Positions 47,086-53,200 of a stretch of DNA of 53,200 nt are shown here, piece by piece. Origin of the DNA: a virus (lineage: Duplodnaviria; Caudoviricetes); the IMG/VR virus record IMGVR_UViG_3300027787_000002, positions 1 to 53,200 of that record; one strand, given 5' to 3'. The position numbers and the translations under genes were made by a program. A model generated the notes under the pieces. It did no database searches, was not told where the DNA came from, and saw only the letters and a program-made list of their open reading frames with translations. Positions within the stretch are counted from its first letter, which is position 1, and each line of letters starts with the position of its first letter.

Positions 47086-47340
47086 TCACCGTGTACCAGA
47101 GGACTGCGTAGGAGGCTCCTGCGACGGCACCGAGGGAGAAGATGGTGGAGGCGATGCGCCACCCTGTCTCAGTAGCAAGAAAATGTTTGTCGCCGCTGGA
47201 ATGCCCAGTACCGACGTGAACACGCCTAGTAGTAGTGCGTTCACTTCCCCCGTCAGAAGCTGGTACAGGATTCCGAAGATTCCTAGGAGGTACAGGCCGA
47301 CGTCTTTGAGGATTAACAGCCATGGGGGTCCGCTCACCAT
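47086..47340 (-). CDS. Holin-like membrane protein
   Basis: Two TM segments, Pro/Ser tail. Confidence 0.55.
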   Translation of the reverse strand: MVSGPPWLLILKDVGLYLLGIFGILYQLLTGEVNALLLGVFTSVLGIPAATNIFLLLRQGGASPPPSSPSVPSQEPPTQSSGTR

Positions 47341-47348
47341 TCACCTGG

Positions 47349-48830
47349 TTACTTTGAGCCGGAACGGTCGGTTCCAGCATTGCCGGCGGGGAGTTGTGCC
47401 TTCGCTGGTGCCTGACGCGGAGGCCCTGCCTTTGGTGCCTTTCCTGCCCCAGGCTTCCCAGCCTCAGCTTCACCAGGTGCTTGTGGTGTCTCTGTCTTCC
47501 GGATGGTTGCTTCATCCAAAGGAGGCAGGTCCATTTCTTCACGGATGTTCTTCTCGAGTACGTCATCAGGCTGAATGATACCAGCTCCGACGAAGTTCCG
47601 AATAGCAAAGCTCATTGTACGCCAGTCAGCGGTCTCACCAATGCGCCGAGCCCTCAGGTGTGGGTACTTCTTTACACCTGAGAAGTTGTAGTCGACAAGT
47701 TCCTTGATGAGGTAGTCGTTGAACGTCTGGCATACAATATCCGCAATGAATCTAGTGGCTTTAAGGAACAGGTCGAGACTAGTATCCTGATTGCCTCCCT
47801 CAGACAGGAAGGAGGCTAGAATGGACTTTTCAATTTGCTTGTCGTGGTGGTCAATGCTCTTTAGGCAATCAACAGGCTGCCCTTCGAGCTTGAGCATGAT
47901 CAGTTCCCACATTGGGGGCAGGACGATGTGGGCACGCTCATTGGTACGAAGGTTCCTACCCATATTCTCAGCCAAAGCACGGTCATTCGCAGAGAAACCG
48001 GGAGGAAGCGTAATCATGGGGATACCGATACCGTGACGCTCTTTCTGAATGGCATCGATTTTGTACAGCGTCTCTTTGTAGTACCAGTGCTTGTAGGGGG
48101 TTCGCAGAAGCGACATCCCCTCGATGTTACCTGCCTCCTTATCGAACGTAAAGACCAGCATCTTCTTGATCGGAATCGTCACGTCGTTCATGAAGGGATT
48201 AGTCGAGGGCCACAACGTGACAGCCTTGGGTCCGCCGTTCTCGTCGTAGTGCCACTCCTTGACATCCATAGGATGCCGAGGGCCAAGCTTCTTAAGGACC
48301 GTACGCATACGGCCCTCAACCATCCTGTTCTCCCAGACCTTCTCGTACATGTAGTAACCGAACTCACACATCAGCAAAGCTTCCTGGAGTATTTGGCTCC
48401 AGGAAATGCTCATCTGTTCTGTGAAGCAGTCCCATACGAAATCGGCAATTCGCTTATCCTTAAGCCGATCACCACCAGGCTCCATGAACCAACGAGCAGC
48501 CAAAACGGGAGTCTTAACCAGCCGGAGAGTGCCACGTACAGTTCCGTCACTACGACGCATCTGGTCATACTTCTGGAGACCCTTAATGCCTTGAAGGTCA
48601 CGGTTGTACTCCGCCCGAATGAAGGAAGTGAAAGGACTAGGCGAGCTAGTACCTAGTTCCCTTAGGTCGACATCCCTAACAATGGGTTCACCGAATGCTC
48701 TAGGCGTCACAACCATGAAGGGCTCGACACCGTCGTCGCTAACGATCGACACTAGCTCGAACTTGTCCATGACTTCAGACAACGTAGAGACTTCGCGGAA
48801 GCCTGACGCAGTATCCACAGGGCTAACCAC
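47349..48830 (-). CDS. Portal protein (Mu gp29/DUF935-like)
   Basis: Follows TerL; FGY...EKVW, G.SLLR..Y..W, ERHGIGIP. Confidence 0.9.
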   Translation of the reverse strand: MVSPVDTASGFREVSTLSEVMDKFELVSIVSDDGVEPFMVVTPRAFGEPIVRDVDLRELGTSSPSPFTSFIRAEYNRDLQGIKGLQKYDQMRRSDGTVRGTLRLVKTPVLAARWFMEPGGDRLKDKRIADFVWDCFTEQMSISWSQILQEALLMCEFGYYMYEKVWENRMVEGRMRTVLKKLGPRHPMDVKEWHYDENGGPKAVTLWPSTNPFMNDVTIPIKKMLVFTFDKEAGNIEGMSLLRTPYKHWYYKETLYKIDAIQKERHGIGIPMITLPPGFSANDRALAENMGRNLRTNERAHIVLPPMWELIMLKLEGQPVDCLKSIDHHDKQIEKSILASFLSEGGNQDTSLDLFLKATRFIADIVCQTFNDYLIKELVDYNFSGVKKYPHLRARRIGETADWRTMSFAIRNFVGAGIIQPDDVLEKNIREEMDLPPLDEATIRKTETPQAPGEAEAGKPGAGKAPKAGPPRQAPAKAQLPAGNAGTDRSGSK

Positions 48831-50275
48831 TAGAAGACGCCTCCTGACGTGAACATGCCACCGTCTCCTCCGGAAGAGCCTATGTCTGCAGAAGTCATGG
48901 TGAAGTTTCCTGAATCTCCATCGGGTCCAGATCCTCCACTTTCTCCTTGGTAGACTTCAGAGAGGTGGTGATGAGCTCCGAGCTTGAACACATGCATGAG
49001 TCCATACCGCAAAGCATCGAGTGCGTGGTCTTCGACCTTGTTTCCGAACTCGGGAACGTTTCGTCCCTTGACAGGAGCGTTGGACTTGTAGTTGTTGAAC
49101 TCATGGATGAGACTCTTGCACGAATGATCGACGAGCATTCCCGTAGTAGTAAGAGGCGTTCCGAACTCATCGGCCACAAGGCCTGTGTCTCTGTCCTTGA
49201 GGAACGAGGCGACCAAGTCCACACCGTCACGCCAGTTCTCCTTAGCCTCGGGAAGTGCCCAACAGCCTACGTAGTTGATGGAGACTTCGACCGCCGCTTC
49301 AGGATCCGCGGCATCTCCAAACGCCATGTCAAGGTGATAACCATCAGGCTGTTCGCGACCTTTAAGTATCCTGATGTGCTCAGCGAGGGTAGTAAACGCC
49401 TTATAGTGCTCACGCCAAACACGAATCTCATCCCAAGGTGTTATCTGGAACTCAATAGCTGCCAGCGGGTTGGTGTAGCCCCAGTCGAACGCTATGTAGT
49501 TAGGCCACGCAGGGTTGAACTCCACCTTACCAACGTGCTTGGTGATGTCCCACTCAGGGTAGATCTTGCCTACAAATGAGGAAAAGTCAGCTGCAATCTC
49601 CTGCAGGAACTGTTCAGGTCGCATGGTGCGGAGTAGGAGCTGAATCTCAGGGTCGTCGTAGCCACCCGGATATACTGCGGAGTTATCCCAACTAGGAAAG
49701 CGCCACGACGCATAGTCGGGGAAGTTGGGGTCTTGTCCGTACATCCACTGAGTGTAGAGCCAGTTGAATCCTTCGGGGGTGGTGGGGAAGTCTGCTGATC
49801 CACGCTTGTCCGCCAATGCTGGTCGAATGAACCGCTCCCAAGTCTCCTCTTTGTGCTTGGCAGCTTCCGACATGATCACGTGGTCGAGTGCTTCGCCAAC
49901 CAGGTTCTCTGGGTGATCTGCCGACCTGACCTCAAGTATAGTGTTCCAAGGGAACTCAATATACATGTGGCCTTGCTTCTTGTTGTACGCCTTCTTAACT
50001 CGTGAGTCCCTACCCAATTGCTGCTTAACAATCAGGTCATCCCATACTACCCGGAACTCCTTCTCGCCGAGGTCATAGGTAGGGCCTACGATCCAAAAGC
50101 GCTTGTTTGGCGCAAAGAGCCTAGGCTGGAGGTCTTTGCCTGCCATAGTGCTCTTGCCAAACCGTCGACCACAATTGGCCAAACGAAAGCGAGCCGTCGA
50201 CTGATGGTACAGCTGCTGACGTCCGTGCGGCTTGTACTTAATCCGTCGAAAGTACTCTTCTCTCGTCCAGGCCAT
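48830..50275 (-). CDS. terL: Terminase large subunit
   Basis: GRRFGKS, TTPEG.NW, FDWGY, DHALDALRY. Confidence 0.95.
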   Translation of the reverse strand: MAWTREEYFRRIKYKPHGRQQLYHQSTARFRLANCGRRFGKSTMAGKDLQPRLFAPNKRFWIVGPTYDLGEKEFRVVWDDLIVKQQLGRDSRVKKAYNKKQGHMYIEFPWNTILEVRSADHPENLVGEALDHVIMSEAAKHKEETWERFIRPALADKRGSADFPTTPEGFNWLYTQWMYGQDPNFPDYASWRFPSWDNSAVYPGGYDDPEIQLLLRTMRPEQFLQEIAADFSSFVGKIYPEWDITKHVGKVEFNPAWPNYIAFDWGYTNPLAAIEFQITPWDEIRVWREHYKAFTTLAEHIRILKGREQPDGYHLDMAFGDAADPEAAVEVSINYVGCWALPEAKENWRDGVDLVASFLKDRDTGLVADEFGTPLTTTGMLVDHSCKSLIHEFNNYKSNAPVKGRNVPEFGNKVEDHALDALRYGLMHVFKLGAHHHLSEVYQGESGGSGPDGDSGNFTMTSADIGSSGGDGGMFTSGGVF

Positions 50276-50492
50276 CTACGTCCTTGGATGCTCGTTGGTC
50301 TCGTGAAAAGGCTTCGAACCATGCTTTGAGCAGATCATGCAGTACGGGTTCTCCGCTTTAGGTCCTGTGGGCTCGCTCACCGAACTCCCTCGCAGGTACC
50401 GTTGGCGCATTTCATTCGCTGGTAGGCGGTTTCCCAATCCCAACGGTTAGCATCCTCCACTGGGACGAGCAACCACCGCTCAAGGCTATCCA

Positions 50493-50756
50493 CTACTGGA
50501 TTCCTCGAGCTGTGTACGCAGACAGCGTCTTCACTGCAGTCGCAGCAGGGACGTTATCTAAGATCTGATTCCCGGCAGTGAATGCGGAAGCAGGCACACG
50601 CAGCACCAACTTCAGACCTGAAGACGTCCCAGGCCCTACGACAACTGCATCCTGCGTCTGCCCATTAGCATCACGATACGACACCCGCATGCGACCAGCA
50701 GTCTTCATCTTGCCGCCCTGCGCAGTTGCCTTGGTTCTCAAGTCCTGCAGTGGCAT
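50493..50756 (-). CDS. Small hypothetical protein
   Basis: 87-aa ORF resembling 38814-39029. Confidence 0.55.
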   Translation of the reverse strand: MPLQDLRTKATAQGGKMKTAGRMRVSYRDANGQTQDAVVVGPGTSSGLKLVLRVPASAFTAGNQILDNVPAATAVKTLSAYTARGIQ

Positions 50757-50810
50757 TTCTTGCTCCCAACCGCGTCCGTGTTTATATAGAGCACCACAGG
50801 GCGAACCGGC

Positions 50811-50897
50811 TTAGTAGCCTCCGCCTTTGGGTTTCTTCGTGCCCTTTGATGGCTTCGGCATCTTTACGGAAGCCTTCTTTCCACCCTTCTTAGCCAC
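50811..50897 (-). CDS. Lys-rich 28-aa peptide (not in ORF track)
   Basis: GTG overlapping the TerS stop; VAKKGGKKASVKMPKPSKGTKKPKGGGY. Confidence 0.45.
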   Translation of the reverse strand: MAKKGGKKASVKMPKPSKGTKKPKGGGY

Positions 50898-51309
50898 CGT
50901 ACGCCTCATTTGCAGCCTTTTCGACATCGTCTTGCATCTGCCGAACCAGAGCATCGAGAGGCGAATCTGCGCGGTGAGTTTCCTTGCCTACGGGACCCAT
51001 TACGCGATCGATCACGTACTTCCCCGCGTCTAGCTTAAGTCTCTCCGAAGTCCCACGTAGCGCAATGTGAACGATCTGCATCGCAACACTAGGGGAATTC
51101 TCCTTGAAGAGCCTGTGCGTTAGCTCTTCTGTGGTCTCGTCAGGATGCGTTGCACGCTCCATGCCAAGAGCGATGTCCATGGCTTCTTGGTTGACGAAGC
51201 CCTCAGGCAGTGGGGTACCAGAACCAGCACTACGCCGTTTCCCTTGTGGAGGACCCATCGGCTGTTCGGGAGTGATCTCCCCTTCGTACTCGTCGAACTC
51301 TCTGCTCAT
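50890..51309 (-). CDS. Putative terminase small subunit
   Basis: First gene of the late arm; helical A..L..IAL....LDA...VIDR..G. Confidence 0.6.
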   Translation of the reverse strand: MSREFDEYEGEITPEQPMGPPQGKRRSAGSGTPLPEGFVNQEAMDIALGMERATHPDETTEELTHRLFKENSPSVAMQIVHIALRGTSERLKLDAGKYVIDRVMGPVGKETHRADSPLDALVRQMQDDVEKAANEAYGG

Positions 51310-51315
51310 CACACA

Positions 51316-51343
51316 CCTCCTTACCCTTATTATACAGTAGTCC
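51316..51343 (-). promoter_or_regulatory. Putative late promoter/leader
   Basis: GGACTACTG-TATAAT-AAGGGTAAGGAGG. Confidence 0.6.
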
Positions 51344-51454
51344 CAGACGGGAACACCTACCTCTCGTATATGCAGGTAACACATGCCCCCAAAAAACTGG
51401 CGCGTATGCCCTACGGGTTATATACGTGTGTGTCTGTGTCCACGGAATATAGTT

Positions 51455-51685
51455 ACGTAGGTGTACGTACATGTACACATTGTACTAGACATTACATGTT
51501 GGTCTGGTCATCACCAGGGGGTAGGACATGTACAGGGTGGTCTGGTCATGTCTAGGGGATAGGGATAGAACATAGTAGTCTGGACACGTCGACATGTCAG
51601 GACTAGTCTAGGTATGTCTAGGCCGACATGTCTGGACTAGTCCTATAGGGCCTACACCCCTAAATCTTACGTAAAGATTTAGGCT
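51455..51685. repeat. Palindrome- and GTCT-rich non-coding region
   Basis: Repeated ACATGT, GACATGTC, GACTAGTC and GTCT(A/G)G; CCTAAATCTT/AAGATTTAGG inverted repeat. Confidence 0.7.
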
Positions 51686-51803
51686 TAATTTACGCATATA
51701 AGTTAAGCTTGTTTTAGGCGTAATTTGGGTTTTTCTTACGATATGCGCTACTATAATTATGTTATAAGAGAAACACACACACACTCACAGAATCGAGCAG
51801 ATC

Positions 51804-52109
51804 ATGAACGAGATCGCGAACTACTTCACCGCTTCTACGTACTCCCCGTACGGAATGTGCAAGATCGTCAACAAGATCCTTCACGACATCGATTCCGAAA
51901 TCAAGGAACTGCCGGCACCGATGTTCTACACGTACGTGAAGAAGGGTTTCATTCCGTCAGAGAACAAGGTCGTCACTCGCGAACACGCTATCGAGTGGAC
52001 CGTGAAGTACTTGACGAAGCGTTTCGGAATCACGGAAGCTCCGAGCACTGTTGAAGCTGTGAACATGAACGAGATCAACGAAGCGCTCGAGCAGTTCGCA
52101 GCAGAGTAA
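51804..52109 (+). CDS. Putative Xis/MerR-like DNA-binding protein
   Basis: SPYGMCKIV...PAPMFYTYVKKG...HAIEW resembles 5896 and 7912 products; TATAAT at 51752. Confidence 0.5.
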   Translation: MNEIANYFTASTYSPYGMCKIVNKILHDIDSEIKELPAPMFYTYVKKGFIPSENKVVTREHAIEWTVKYLTKRFGITEAPSTVEAVNMNEINEALEQFAAE

Positions 52110-52116
52110 CGCAACA

Positions 52117-52157
52117 ACAAGATCCGGATCTTGTACAACACAAGATCCGGATCTTGT
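52117..52157. repeat. Two tandem perfect 18-bp palindromes ACAAGATCCGGATCTTGT
   Basis: Copies at 52117-52134 and 52140-52157. Confidence 0.92.
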
Positions 52158-52293
52158 AACATCCTTTAGTAAGGACCCAAAGCGGTCAGGCAGTACCAAG
52201 ACAGCCAGGTGGGACGTGTACCATTGCCACGCCCAGGTTGGAACGTTGCCTCGCGGCCCTACGTGGACGTACCTTGACAACTCCATAGCGACA

Positions 52294-52653
52294 CTACTCC
52301 ACAGGGCTCCCTGTATCTAGGAACTGACGGAGCACCTGAGCGTACGCTTCCTGTTGGGCGATCTCGACTTCCCTCAGGGCGTCCGCCAGGGAAAGTCTAC
52401 CGGCCCTCCTACGGGCAAACTCCGCCTTACGTTCCATGACGGCCTTCCAGCCCTTCTGTGCCACGTAGTTACAAGCTCGACAGTAGCTCTTGGGTTGACC
52501 GTACTGCTTGCCAGTATCGGGATCGCCCCACCAGATGTCCTTCATGGACGCACCATCGAGTACGGGCCTAGTGTAGAACCCGGAGATGTGTATCCACTCT
52601 TCACATAGTCCGCACTCGATACGTCCGTAATCATCGACCTCTCGTCTCTTCAT
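52294..52653 (-). CDS. Zn-finger protein (CxxC...CxxC), probably leaderless
   Basis: CGLC...F...SYCRAC; ATG 6 nt after TATAAT, no RBS. Confidence 0.6.
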   Translation of the reverse strand: MKRREVDDYGRIECGLCEEWIHISGFYTRPVLDGASMKDIWWGDPDTGKQYGQPKSYCRACNYVAQKGWKAVMERKAEFARRRAGRLSLADALREVEIAQQEAYAQVLRQFLDTGSPVE

Positions 52654-52659
52654 ACCTAT

Positions 52660-52689
52660 ATTATATAGTAGAACACTAGGTAAAAGCAA
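52660..52689 (-). promoter_or_regulatory. Housekeeping-sigma promoter
   Basis: TTGCTT-18 nt-TATAAT on the minus strand. Confidence 0.65.
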
Positions 52690-52988
52690 GGCTCATAGTG
52701 GCTAAACCTAGTGGCTAAAGGCTCATAGGGCTAATGAGGAAGCTACTCTAAACTACCAAGATCCTTAAGAAAACGTATACGTAACATCCGATTACGTAAC
52801 AAATATACATATATACTACTATATATACTACCTATATTATATAAGACCCTACTTAAGCCAAATTGGTCCATTAGCCATGTAACATAAAGGGACCGAACAG
52901 TATCGCTAGTCTTCTTTAGAGAGACATCACTCGTTAGGCTCTGGGCGAACCACTTAAAGATTAAGATAGATTTACGCTAGATTTAAGC

Positions 52989-53015
52989 TTGACTTAATAG
53001 TGACCACTATATAAT
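52989..53015 (+). promoter_or_regulatory. Putative early promoter
   Basis: TTGACT...TATAAT, but the spacer is only 15 nt. Confidence 0.5.
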
Positions 53016-53073
53016 AAAAAGAAAAGCGCATACAAAGAGAACCTAGTATCGTAACAGAGAGATAGGAGTCGTC

Positions 53074-53200
53074 ATGAGGATCTCGTTAGGTAACGGCCTC
53101 TACATCGAGAGTCGCAACACAGACGTTCCCTCGAAGAGGAACGTCAAGAACAAGGGAGGCTCTCTGAAGCGACTTCACTCTCGAGAGACGGGGAGGTCGG
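53074..53200. repeat. Terminal direct repeat of 1-127
   Basis: Exact match. Confidence 0.95.

Noticed and set aside
51773-51789. ACACACAC tract as a phase-variable microsatellite
   Set aside because: Short, in an A/C-rich 5' leader, with no frame or promoter-spacer consequence
2281-52306. CCACAGGG copies as DnaA boxes
   Set aside because: Most are preceded by AGA or GCA rather than TT(A/G)T, and they are dispersed rather than clustered
53074-53200. Biological terminal repeat
   Set aside because: Exactly 127 nt and inside a gene start; better explained as an assembler overlap
1-53200. Lysogeny module, reverse transcriptase/DGR, intron, intein or stop-codon recoding
   Set aside because: No integrase or RT motifs; core genes are uninterrupted and of normal length in the standard code

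Overview
The window is a complete, circularly assembled tailed-phage genome of about 53,073 bp. Bases 53074-53200 repeat 1-127 exactly, which looks like a k=127 assembly overlap. Gene content points to a siphovirus, probably infecting an actinobacterium (inference), and probably lytic because I found no integrase or repressor. The + arm (about 51.8 kb through 1 to 27.6 kb) has small early genes separated by long hairpins, a SNF2-type helicase, a Cas4-like exonuclease, a YidD/GH26/tRNA-like island, an AAA ATPase, an SSB and a primase-helicase. It continues with a 7-deazaguanine cluster (queC, queD, queE, folE, two MazG-like genes, a divergent TGT/DpdA-like gene), a UDG-fused family A DNA polymerase and a RuvC-like resolvase. 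The - arm (51.3 to 27.7 kb) has the terminase, a Mu-like portal, a 5.7-kb inserted fibre/SGNH module, protease, capsid, tail genes with a -1 frameshifted chaperone, and lysis genes. The main unexplained signals are a genome-wide AGACCACAGGG motif, phased GTCT repeat arrays near Xis/MerR-like HTH genes, conserved early-region RNA stems, a non-canonical tRNA-like RNA and twin 18-bp palindromes. All family assignments come from motif recognition by eye; no database searches were run.
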